Shown here: positions 20,274 to 30,378 of the stretch, one piece after another
How positions within the stretch are numbered: the stretch's first letter is position 1
Layout: each line of letters starts with the position of its first letter
Source: an uncultured Gemmatimonadales bacterium
Lineage (GTDB): Bacteria; Gemmatimonadota; Gemmatimonadetes; Longimicrobiales; RSA9
Assembly: GCA_963798085.1 (NCBI GenBank)
Contig: CAWCRS010000003.1
Coordinates: forward strand, 1,024,001-1,088,000
Direction of reading: 5' to 3'
Length of the DNA: 64,000 nt
Program-made: the position numbers and the translations under genes
Notes under the pieces: model-generated
Told to the model about the DNA's origin: nothing
The model's input: only the letters and a program-made list of their open reading frames with translations
Databases searched by the model: none

Positions 20274-20539
20274 GCTCACGGCACCACACCTGTTCTCCCG
20301 CGGGTTGCGCAGGGCCGCGAGAGGGCGATCCACCCAGCAGGCAATTCAATCGAGCGCGACGGCACTCACTGCCGCGCGGTGCTTCGAGACGATTCTCGAC
20401 GCGAACCGCGTCGGTGACCCGCTGCTTTGCCATTTTCCGCATTGAGCGTGACTCGTAGCAGGTGATGCAACTGCCGGCCCGGCTCCCCTTGGCAGGCAGT
20501 CCTTTACGCGCCTGATGGCGCTACCCCCATGGAGGCACC

Positions 20540-21358
20540 ATGCGCATGGTTCAACGTCTCTTTCTGGCCCTGCTGTTGCTCGCAATCCCCGGCGGTTCCC
20601 TGCTGGCGCAGGGCATGCCGATCAAGCAGCCGAACCGGCTCATGATCTTCGTCGAGAGCCTGAAGCCGGGGACCGACACGGACCACGCGGTGAACGAGTC
20701 CGGCTGGCCGGCCGCGTACGCCAGAGCCAACTCGCCCTACTATTACCTGGCGCTTTCCTCCATGACCGGGCCCAGCGAGGTCTGGTTCGTGTCACCGTAC
20801 GATTCCTACGCCGCCGAGGCGAAGCAAATGAAGACGGAGGGCGACGATGCCGCGTTGAACGCCGAGTTCGACCGGCTGGCGCGAGCCGACGCGCAGTACC
20901 TCAGTGACACACAGTCGTTCGAGGCCATCGCGCGGCCGGACCTGAGCTACGGTCAATTCCCGGATCTCGGACTGGCGCGCTTCTTCGGCGTCACCCTGCT
21001 CCGCATCCGGATGGGCCATGGGGATGCATTCGAGGCCGCCGCCAAGGTCTACATGACCAACTTCAAGAGAGCGAATCCCAGCGGCAGCTACCGCATGTAC
21101 CAGGTCATCAACGGCATGCCGGGAGTGAATTATCTGGTGTTCTCGACCGTCAATGACTACGCAGCGCTGGACGCGGCCATGGCGGCCGATAACGCCATGT
21201 TCCAGGGCATGAACCCGAAGGACATGGCCATGCTCCAGAAGTCGATGACCGACGACTTCCAGAATATCATCTCGAATCGCTACCGGCTGAGCCCGAGCAT
21301 GTCCTACGTCTCCGCGGAGACGAAGGCGAAGGATCCGGCCTTCTGGAACAAACACTGA
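20540..21358 (+). CDS. Secreted hypothetical protein, probably two NIPSNAP-like alpha/beta barrel repeats
   Basis: RBS GGAGG; signal peptide ending LLA-Q; two repeats of the type LKPG..H / IRMGH..FE. Confidence 0.7.
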   Translation: MRMVQRLFLALLLLAIPGGSLLAQGMPIKQPNRLMIFVESLKPGTDTDHAVNESGWPAAYARANSPYYYLALSSMTGPSEVWFVSPYDSYAAEAKQMKTEGDDAALNAEFDRLARADAQYLSDTQSFEAIARPDLSYGQFPDLGLARFFGVTLLRIRMGHGDAFEAAAKVYMTNFKRANPSGSYRMYQVINGMPGVNYLVFSTVNDYAALDAAMAADNAMFQGMNPKDMAMLQKSMTDDFQNIISNRYRLSPSMSYVSAETKAKDPAFWNKH

Positions 21359-21371
21359 GTCAGTTCTTCGT

Positions 21372-21402
21372 CCGGGGGCCCTTCCACGCGGAGGGCTCCC
21401 GG
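21372..21402 (+). terminator. GC-rich stem-loop after CDS 20540-21358
   Basis: CCGGGGGCCCTTCC-ACGC-GGAGGGCTCCCGG; no clear U-tract. Confidence 0.45.
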
Positions 21403-21919
21403 CGGTGGGTGCAAGTCTCTGACTTCCGCGAGCCCAGGGGTCAATGTGTCCGTGCGCAACAAATGTTGGCGAGCGCGCGAGACCTCACGACGGCGGAGCG
21501 ACTGCGGCCGGGCTGCGCGGAAGCCTGAAGGCGTATCGAGCAGACGTAGTCCGCTGCAGCCAAGATGCGCAGGTGGAGGCAGTGCCAGCCCGGCCTCGAC
21601 AGCGTCAGCGCACGCCCGGATGATCGCCCTGGCCAGGCCTGTGGCCGGGTGCTTCTGGCAAGATCCGGTCTGGCTGGCACATTACCTGCTGCTGCGTGTA
21701 GCACAGTTCGCGGCGTTCTGCTGGTTCGATCCGATTTCGTCCCACAACCCCGCCACTATTGAACCGGAGCGACCGCGCGGCAGACCCCACCCGGGTTTCC
21801 TCTCGAGAACATCCGATCAGCGTGGCGACTCGCCGCCCGGTGACAGCGAAATGCGCTGTTACCATGGCACTCGCGCAGGAATGACCTGCGCGTCGCCACA
21901 CCCATGAACAAAGGGAACA

Positions 21920-23170
<1,251 letters not shown>

Positions 23171-23194
23171 GCCACTAACGCGGCGTCAGGCGGG

Positions 23195-24595
23195 TCAGGG
23201 CGTGCCGCCGCCGTTCCCGCCACCGCGGCCGGCGCGTCCCCCGCGATCGCCGCCGCGGCCGACGGGGGGCTGCGGCCCGCCGTGGAAGAACTGGCCGGGC
23301 GTCATGATGCCGTTCTGCTTGAACACCATGCCGTCCTTCATGACGAATTGCACGTTGCGCAGCGCGTCGATGTCAGCGAGCGGATTGCCCTGCACTGCGA
23401 TGAGGTCGGCGAGCAGCCCGGCCCGGATGGGGCCGCGCGTGTTCTCGGTCTGCGCCACGCGGTAGCCGTTCACGGTCATGGCGCGCAGGATATCCACGTT
23501 CGGAATCTTCGCATCCTTCCATGTCGTCAGGAACTCGATCGCCACCTCGCCCCGGGTCCTGCCGGGCACGAAGTAGTCGGCATCCGTGGAGAATGCCAGC
23601 AACACCTTGTTATCGTATGCGTTCTTCAGCAGTTCGACCGTACGCTGGTAGCGCTGCGGACTGGTGTGGCCGGTGAGCGTGATGGGGGTCTCCGTGCCAC
23701 AGCGCCAGATGCCTTTCTGCGCCATCAGCTTGTGGATCTCGTCGGTCATGCCGTTGTCGTGGGCAATGGACCAGATGCCGGCCTCGACCGCGCGCCGGGC
23801 GCCAGCGACGGTCTGCACGTGGCCCTCCACCTTGAGTCCGGCCTTCGCCGCCTCCGCAATGACGAGCCTGATGTCGTCTACCGAGTAGCCCCATGGCTTG
23901 CAGTCGACGCAGATCTTGATGACACGCGCACCGAACAGCTCGTTCTGGCGCACCGCCTTCACGATCTCGTCAGGCGTGTCCGCGTCGAGGTATTCGGGAT
24001 ACACGATGTCGTGCTGCTTCGCCATCTCCGGCGTGGGCGAGAACTGGCCGCCCATGCCGCCGATGATGATGCCGGAGTTGATGATCGTGGGCCCGGGGAT
24101 CCAGCCCTGCTCGATGGCCTGGCGCAGCGCCGTGTCGGCATAGTTGCCGTTGTTGCCCATGTCACGCACGATGGTGAAGCCGGCGGCCAGCATCTGCATG
24201 CCGTTCGATGCCGCCTGGATGGCGCGCAGCGGCGTCGAGTCCAGCACGTACGTCAGGTAGTAGTTGTTGTTCTCGGGCACTTCCTTGTAGGTAAGCGCGA
24301 GATGGTTGTGTGCATCGACGAGCCCGGGCAGCACCGTGAGCTGCGAGAGGTCGATCACCTGCGCGCCCGCGGGAATCGGGACATTGGGTCCGATGGCCGT
24401 GAAGCGCGCGTTCTCGACCACGATCACCTGGTTGCTGAGCACGGTGCCCGCCTCCGGGTCGATCAGGCGACCCGCGCGAATCACGATCGGGGCGGGCGAG
24501 GCCTGAGGCACCGCCTGCGCCGCGAGATGCGACGTCGAAGCGAACAGCAGGACTGCGAGACTGCGCAGCCGTCGACACCACGATGCGAGTTTCAT
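23195..24595 (-). CDS. Secreted amidohydrolase family protein
   Basis: Signal peptide; VLPGLVDAHNH, GFTIVRDMGN, ADLIAVQGNPLADI, VQFVMKDG. Confidence 0.92.
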   Translation of the reverse strand: MKLASWCRRLRSLAVLLFASTSHLAAQAVPQASPAPIVIRAGRLIDPEAGTVLSNQVIVVENARFTAIGPNVPIPAGAQVIDLSQLTVLPGLVDAHNHLALTYKEVPENNNYYLTYVLDSTPLRAIQAASNGMQMLAAGFTIVRDMGNNGNYADTALRQAIEQGWIPGPTIINSGIIIGGMGGQFSPTPEMAKQHDIVYPEYLDADTPDEIVKAVRQNELFGARVIKICVDCKPWGYSVDDIRLVIAEAAKAGLKVEGHVQTVAGARRAVEAGIWSIAHDNGMTDEIHKLMAQKGIWRCGTETPITLTGHTSPQRYQRTVELLKNAYDNKVLLAFSTDADYFVPGRTRGEVAIEFLTTWKDAKIPNVDILRAMTVNGYRVAQTENTRGPIRAGLLADLIAVQGNPLADIDALRNVQFVMKDGMVFKQNGIMTPGQFFHGGPQPPVGRGGDRGGRAGRGGGNGGGTP

Positions 24596-24805
24596 GGGCG
24601 CGCCTCGGCGTGACCGTTGTCGTGAGCGGATCGCCTGTGCGGGTCAGGCGACGATGGGTGGTCCGGGTTGCCTGAGACTATCGAGCCAACGGCCCACCGC
24701 AAGATCGCTGCAGTGGAACGCAGGCGGGGCGCTCACAGCCAGCACCACCGCCGCGAACCGCACGTGGCTGTGTCGCCTGCAACAGGCTGTTCTCCGACGA
24801 GCCGG

Positions 24806-25999
24806 TCAGCGCCTCACGAGGGGGTACAGCGCGACGACCTCACGATCCACGTCATCCTGGGTCACGCCGAGGATGTAATCGGCTCCGATCTCGAGGATGC
24901 GGAGAGCGGGCGTGTGCACGCGGCCGAGCGGCTCTCCGGCCGCCGAGAGGACTTCCCAGATGAGGCGAGCCGCATCGGCAGGATCCTCGCGGCCGACCCA
25001 CACTCTGTTCAGCCGATCCACCTGCAGGGCGGCGAAAGCCGGATGCGTCGGGCGATTCGGCAACTCGGCATAGAATCGCTCCCACATCTGCGCGCGCTCA
25101 CCGCTTCCCATGCGACGCAGGTGGTCCTGTTTCCACGCGCGCAGCTCGGCATCGGTGGTGGCGGGTGCGGGAGCGCGCGAACGGATGATCGTCGTGCGCC
25201 GGCCGGTCGCGTCGAAGGTGGACACCTGCCACGTGTCGCTGGCGCCAATGACAATCGTGTTCGCAGCCGCGGAAGCGAAGACATTGCGCCCGAAGGGAAT
25301 TTCCGAGCGCAGCGCCGCGTCGCCGACGCGGCCGAAGTACTGCTCGCTGCCCGGGAACGCGGCGATGGAGTCGAGGCGGGCACCCCCACGATCGAACAGG
25401 AAGTAGGGCACCGTGTCGCGCCGCTCACCGCGCGTGAAGATGCGATTGAAGCCCGGGACCACGAGCAGGGTCCCGTTGTCCAGCGTACCGACCGGCTCGG
25501 GGTATCCGGCATCGGGACTGGGCGGCTGCATGACGGACGCCCCCGACAGCTGTCCGTCGCCATTGAAGCGCGAGAGGCGGCGCGTCATGACGTCGTAGAC
25601 GAGGCTGGTATCGCCGGGCAGAACCTGCAGCGAGAACATGCCGCGGAATTCACCCGGTCCGCTGCCCGAGCGGCCGGTCGTCAGCGCGAGTGTGCCATCC
25701 GGCCGGAAGAAGCGCAGCTCGCCGCTCGTGCCATTGCCCAGCACCACGCGCCCGTCGGAGAGCACGCCGCCGCCGCGCACGCCGAACAGGTCGTGCCCGG
25801 GCCGCGCGTCCTGCCCACCGATCGTGAGGCGAGGCGAAGCGCCCAGGGTCCAGTCGGGAAGCGGCAGTGTCGCGATGTTCTCGATCTCGACGATGCGCAC
25901 CCCGGCACTGTCGCGCGTGACCGGCCCTGCGGAGGGTCTGGCTGTTTCGCCGCACGCCGCGAGCGAGAGCACGACCACGAGCACACCGGGCATTCGCAT
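24806..25999 (-). CDS. 6-bladed beta-propeller lipoprotein (paralog of 1943-3145)
   Basis: Lipobox LAAC; TRDSAGVRIVE; DGRVVLGNGTSGELRFF...GRSGSGPGEF; LQVDRLNRVWV. Confidence 0.85.
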   Translation of the reverse strand: MRMPGVLVVVLSLAACGETARPSAGPVTRDSAGVRIVEIENIATLPLPDWTLGASPRLTIGGQDARPGHDLFGVRGGGVLSDGRVVLGNGTSGELRFFRPDGTLALTTGRSGSGPGEFRGMFSLQVLPGDTSLVYDVMTRRLSRFNGDGQLSGASVMQPPSPDAGYPEPVGTLDNGTLLVVPGFNRIFTRGERRDTVPYFLFDRGGARLDSIAAFPGSEQYFGRVGDAALRSEIPFGRNVFASAAANTIVIGASDTWQVSTFDATGRRTTIIRSRAPAPATTDAELRAWKQDHLRRMGSGERAQMWERFYAELPNRPTHPAFAALQVDRLNRVWVGREDPADAARLIWEVLSAAGEPLGRVHTPALRILEIGADYILGVTQDDVDREVVALYPLVRR

Positions 26000-26337
26000 G
26001 GTTCGCGTATCGATTGCGCGTTTCACACCGGCCGCCATTTCTCTCGCGCACGGCATGGTAGTCGAACGACGGCACCGAAGGGCGCGCGCTCGCGGACGCG
26101 TGTCATGATCTGCATCGCTGCGTGCCAGCCTCCAGATCAGGTGCATTCGCCGGAGATTACGTGAGCAACTGTGACCCGGGTTTCGCCGAGCCAACCGCGC
26201 CGACATTAGGACAACGCCCGCATCTCGCGCGTTGCTGTCACGAAGAAGGGCTTCGCGTTGATCAAGGCCCAGACTTCCCGTGAAACCCGATCCACTCCGT
26301 ATCCCGGCCCGGTCCCGAACACCCTGGACTGGTACGC

Positions 26338-26401
26338 TCGGACCGTGCTGGCAAGTGGTCGGACCGACCCGGGCAATGGGCTGACCGACGTGGGCAAGTG
26401 G
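26338..26401 (+). repeat. Three degenerate 21-22-bp tandem copies of the element end motif
   Basis: TCGGACCGTGCTGGCAAGTGG | TCGGACCGACCCGGGCAATGG | GCTGACCGACGTGGGCAAGTGG, directly abutting copy C4. Confidence 0.7.
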
Positions 26402-26544
26402 CCGGACCGTCTTGGCGTTCTTTCCTTTCGACCGCACAGGAAATCGGCATGACACATTGTCGCATGAAAAGCGTCAATTGATATCTGAGCGGGTCTACTG
26501 CATGGGTGGACCGGCCGGAACGCAAGAACGCCAACCCGGTCCGA
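26402..26544. repeat. 144-bp dyad element, copy C4 (143 bp; 1-nt deletion in core)
   Basis: cCGGACCGTCTTGGCGTTCTT-TCC-TT ... CGCATGAAAAGCG-TCAATTGATATC ... AA-CGC-AAGAACGCCAACCCGGTCCGA. Confidence 0.92.
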
Positions 26545-26674
26545 TACGATATGTCGATGCGTTCAGCATCGGACCGGGCTCTCATTCTGCGATGCGACTC
26601 GCCCAAGGACTTGTGGGCCGCGCCAGCTTCCGGGCCTGAGCTTCCGGACTGCACTGAATCTCCGGATCCTGCCT

Positions 26675-27099
26675 TGCCGGACTGCTCTGAACTTCCGGAC
26701 CTGAACAGCGGGACTGCTCTGAACCTCCGGACCGTGTTGGCATTCTTGCGTTACGGGTCGATCGGCCATGCCCTCGACCCATCATCGCATGCGAAATGGT
26801 CAATCGATACGTCAGCGGGCCGTGAGCATGGGCGGGTGCGCCGAAAGGAAAGAATGCCAAACTGGTCCGGAAGCGCATGCCGGGTCCAGTCCAAAGAGCC
26901 GAGCTGCCGGACTGCTCTGAACTTGCGGACCTGAACAGCGGGACTGCTCTGAACCTCCGGACCGTGTTGGCATTCTTGCGTTACGGGTCGATCGGCCATG
27001 CCCTCGACCCATCATCGCATGCGAAACGGTCAATCGATACGTCAGCGGGCCGTGAGCATGGGCGGGTGCGCCGAAAGGAAAGAATGCCAAGCTGGTCCG
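26675..27099 (+). repeat. 195-bp direct duplication (period 230 bp) containing copies C5 and C6
   Basis: 26675-26869 vs 26905-27099, 3 mismatches counted by eye, 35-bp unique spacer. Confidence 0.9.
26727..26870. repeat. 144-bp dyad element, copy C5
   Basis: cCGGACCGTGTTGGCATTCTT-GCG-TT ... CGCATGCGAAATGGTCAATCGATACG ... AA-GGA-AAGAATGCCAAACTGGTCCGG. Confidence 0.92.
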
Positions 27100-27100
27100 A
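26957..27100. repeat. 144-bp dyad element, copy C6
   Basis: Near-identical to C5; ends AA-GGA-AAGAATGCCAAGCTGGTCCGA. Confidence 0.92.
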
Positions 27101-27178
27101 CAGGGTCCAATGTGAAAGTGTCGTAAAGCCGGGACGGCGTCCGTTGCCGCTCGGGCTGCCCGGACATAGGGTCGGTGG

Positions 27179-29116
27179 ATGACTCCAGTGCGGATGGGTC
27201 CGGGCGACCGTGCCCGGCAGGGTCGGCTGATCGGTTTCGTGGCGCCGCTCGTGCTGGTGGTGGTCTTTGCGGCGGCGCTCGCGTTCCAGGCGCTGGATGC
27301 GACGCGCTCGCACCGCGAGGCGGTGGCGCATACGCTGCGCGACTACGCTGGCTTCGCGGCGTTCATCGTGACGAACGCGGCGCGCCAGGAGCTGGAGCGA
27401 CGGCTCACGTACGCGTTCAGTCCCATCTTCCGCTATCAGCCGGAGTCGGGCGAGCCGCTGCCACCGGCCTCGGCGCTGGGCCAGGAGCGCGTGGAAGCGC
27501 AGCGTTGTGCGACGGCGGGTGTGCCCGATCCGACCTACTATCGCCTGGATCTTTCGAACAATTCATTAACCACAGCCGGGCCGGCGCCTTCCGCCAGCAC
27601 GCTGCAATGGCTGGCGGACACGCTGCGGGTCGCAGCGCCCGCGTTCCACGGCGATTGGGCGTTCGCACACATCTTCGGCGATGCGCACGCGGCGGCGCTC
27701 ATCGCCTACCGCGTGCTGCACGACTCCGCCGGGCACGCGCTGGCGGTGTACGCCAAGACCAGCTGCTTCGCGCTGCCGCGGCAGTCGCTTTTCGCGGCGG
27801 CGCTGCAGGCGGGACCGGCACTGCCTCCGTTTCTAACGGGCGGGCTGGCTAACGATTCATTGCTATCCGTGCGCGTGACCGATCCGCACGGAGACTCCAT
27901 CTGGGCATCCTCCCCGCAATACCAGGGCGGGCCCTCGGGCGAGGCAGGTTCGGCGTGGCCGCAGTCGGGTGGGCTGCGGCTGGCTGTGACCATCCGGCCC
28001 GACATCGCCAAACAGCTGGTTATCGGCGGCATGCCGCCGTCGCGGCTGCCCATGGCGGTGCTGCTGCTGGCGCTCAGCATTCTGTTTGCAGGCTACGCGG
28101 TATTGCAGTTGCGCCGGGAGCAGGAGCTGCTGCGGCTGCGTGAGCAGTTCGTGTCCAACGTCTCGCACGAGTTGCGCACGCCGCTGCAGCAGATCCTCAT
28201 GTTCGCCGAGCTGCTGAACATGGACGCCCTGCCCTCCGATGCGGAGCGCAGGCACTCAATGCAGGTAGTGGAGAGGGAGACGCGTCGTCTCATCCAGCTG
28301 GTGGAGAATGTGCTCCAGTTTTCGCGCGCGACGCAGGGCGAGGACACACTGTCCGAGCAGGTGGTGGCGCTCGAGCCGCTGGCGAGGGAGACCCTGCAGG
28401 CGTTCGCGCCACTGGCCCGTGCGGGCAATGCGCGGCTCACACTGCGCATCGAGCGCGACCACTCCCGGCGAGACAACCGCACTAACGATTGCGTTAGAGA
28501 CATTCCGATGACAGTGACGCTGCGCGACAGCGACGCTGCGGGGCACGACGCAGCTCGATCCGCGACCGTGAACAAACAGCAGGTTGCCGCGGATCACGGC
28601 GCTGAACAGGCGGCAGCCGGAGGAGGCGCCGAGGCGGAATCGTCGCCTGCCAGATTCGTTGCCGGGCGTGAGGCCTCGAGCCCGCGAAGTGATCAGGCGG
28701 GATCCGCCGCGGACCAGGACACCGCGGCTCTGGTGGCAGCGGGCCCGTTCGCGATTGCCGATGCAGCGGCCTTGCGACGCGTGCTGCTAAATCTGCTGGA
28801 CAATGCGGTGAAGTACGGACCTGCGAATCAGACCGTAACGGTAACGCTGACAGCGAATGCCGAGCACGCGACACTGATTGTTGATGACGAAGGTCCGGGA
28901 ATCCCGGCGTCCGAGCGCGAGCGCGTGTGGCAGGCGTTCCAGCGGCTGGCGCGCGAGGAAGGCGCGGCCATTGCCGGCAGCGGCATGGGCCTGGCCATTG
29001 TGCACGACCTGGTGCAGCGCATGGGCGGCGCGGCGCGCATTGAGCAGGCACCCGCAGGCGGGGCGCGTTTCATTGTCGAGCTGCGAGCGGCAGCCGGCGG
29101 CGGTGCAACGCCATGA
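27179..29116 (+). CDS. Membrane sensor histidine kinase with a ~95-aa low-complexity insertion
   Basis: Two TM segments; FVSNVSHELRTPL (H-box), LLNLLDNAVKY (N-box), DDEGPGI, GSGMGLAIV. Confidence 0.93.
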   Translation: MTPVRMGPGDRARQGRLIGFVAPLVLVVVFAAALAFQALDATRSHREAVAHTLRDYAGFAAFIVTNAARQELERRLTYAFSPIFRYQPESGEPLPPASALGQERVEAQRCATAGVPDPTYYRLDLSNNSLTTAGPAPSASTLQWLADTLRVAAPAFHGDWAFAHIFGDAHAAALIAYRVLHDSAGHALAVYAKTSCFALPRQSLFAAALQAGPALPPFLTGGLANDSLLSVRVTDPHGDSIWASSPQYQGGPSGEAGSAWPQSGGLRLAVTIRPDIAKQLVIGGMPPSRLPMAVLLLALSILFAGYAVLQLRREQELLRLREQFVSNVSHELRTPLQQILMFAELLNMDALPSDAERRHSMQVVERETRRLIQLVENVLQFSRATQGEDTLSEQVVALEPLARETLQAFAPLARAGNARLTLRIERDHSRRDNRTNDCVRDIPMTVTLRDSDAAGHDAARSATVNKQQVAADHGAEQAAAGGGAEAESSPARFVAGREASSPRSDQAGSAADQDTAALVAAGPFAIADAAALRRVLLNLLDNAVKYGPANQTVTVTLTANAEHATLIVDDEGPGIPASERERVWQAFQRLAREEGAAIAGSGMGLAIVHDLVQRMGGAARIEQAPAGGARFIVELRAAAGGGATP

Positions 29117-29844
29117 GCGTGCGCATTCTGCTCATCGAAGACAACGCCGATCTCGCACTCGGGCTGCGTCGCAGCCTGGAGCTGGAGGGCTACGATGTGC
29201 ACGTGTCGCCCGAGGGCGGGGGCGCGCTCGAGCGGTTGCGGCGCGAGGCGTGGGACCTCGTCGTGCTCGATCTGATGCTGCCGGGAATCAGCGGGTTCCA
29301 GGTGTTGCGCGCCATGCGTGCCGAAGGCAACGAGACGCCGGTGCTGATCCTCAGTGCCCGTGGCGAAGAAGCCGACAAGGTACAAGGCTTCCGCCTGGGC
29401 GCGGACAACTACGCGGTCAAGCCTATCGGCGTGTTAGAGCTGCTGGCGCGCGTGGAAGCCATGCTGCGCCGCGCGCGCCTGGCAGAAGCGAGCCAGCCCG
29501 TGAGGCAGGTATTCCGCTTCGGCGATGTGCGCGTCGACACCGGCACGCGTTCCGTGCAGCGCGACGGTGCACTGCTCGAGCTGAGTCCCAAGGAGTTCGA
29601 CCTGCTGCTCTACCTGCTGCGCAGTGGTGGCGTGGTCGTGAGCCGCGGCGAGCTGCTGCGCGAGGTGTGGGGCTACAAGCGCGCCGTGCCCACGCGGACG
29701 GTCGACGCGCACATCGCGCTGCTGCGCGGCAAGCTGGAAGCCGACCCATCCCGCCCGAAGTACCTGCTGACCGCACGCAAGGCCGGCTACCGGCTGGACG
29801 TTTCCGCCGCCCAGACTGACAGCACGTTGCGGCTCCCGGGCTGA
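29113..29844 (+). CDS. OmpR/PhoB family response regulator
   Basis: ILLIEDN, LDLMLP, KPIG, KEFDLL, TRTVDAHIALLRGKLE; ATGA overlap with the kinase. Confidence 0.96.
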   Translation: MSVRILLIEDNADLALGLRRSLELEGYDVHVSPEGGGALERLRREAWDLVVLDLMLPGISGFQVLRAMRAEGNETPVLILSARGEEADKVQGFRLGADNYAVKPIGVLELLARVEAMLRRARLAEASQPVRQVFRFGDVRVDTGTRSVQRDGALLELSPKEFDLLLYLLRSGGVVVSRGELLREVWGYKRAVPTRTVDAHIALLRGKLEADPSRPKYLLTARKAGYRLDVSAAQTDSTLRLPG

Positions 29845-29909
29845 CAGGTTACACCGGACCGGGACGTTCGCTGCACCCGGTTCGTGTGGTGTGGTTTGGC
29901 CAGCTTTCG

Positions 29910-30053
29910 TCGGACCGTCCTGGCATTCTTGGGTTCCGGCCGCAACGGCAATGGTCGCGACCCAGACACGCATGAATTGTGGTCAATCGATACGTGCCTG
30001 ATGTGCCGGCATTGGTGCCTGGGACGAAACGAAAGAATGCCAAGACGGTCCGA
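29910..30053. repeat. 144-bp dyad element, copy C7
   Basis: TCGGACCGTCCTGGCATTCTT-GGG-TTCCGGCCGC ... CGCATGAATTGTGGTCAATCGATACG ... AA-CGA-AAGAATGCCAAGACGGTCCGA. Confidence 0.92.
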
Positions 30054-30234
30054 AAGCGATCCCCCCAACCCCGGGCGCAGCGCCGTCGCCGAGCCCGCGC
30101 CTCGGGCAAGGCACAGGTGGCAGGCCCGTGCCCAAGCCCGGCGGGGTGCCCGGCGCCTACCCCGGTCCGGCGCGGTCGCCGAGCCCGTGCCGCGCCATTC
30201 GACATCGCCAGGCCAGCCGCACTTCATCAGCGGA

Positions 30235-30378
30235 TCGGACCGTCCTGGCATTCTTGGGTTCCGGCCGCTACCGCCATGGCGGTGACCCGCGCAGGTATGA
30301 AAAGTGGTCAATCAATGCCTGGCTGCGCCGTCGGCATATGCGCGCGTGACGGAAGGAAAGAATGCCAAGACGGTCCGA
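30235..30378. repeat. 144-bp dyad element, copy C8 (overlaps the 3' end of the cytochrome-TPR gene)
   Basis: TCGGACCGTCCTGGCATTCTT-GGG-TTCCGGCCGC ... GGTATGAAAAGTGGTCAATCAATGCC ... AA-GGA-AAGAATGCCAAGACGGTCCGA. Confidence 0.92.

Noticed and set aside
21400..21919. Riboswitch or ncRNA in the long leader of the DEAD-box helicase
   Set aside because: No recognisable conserved motif by eye; an Rfam scan would be needed.
26338..27100. CRISPR array suggested by recurring ~26-bp motifs
   Set aside because: Motifs alternate in orientation as inverted pairs, intervening segments are ~90 bp and partly conserved or duplicated, and no cas genes are present.
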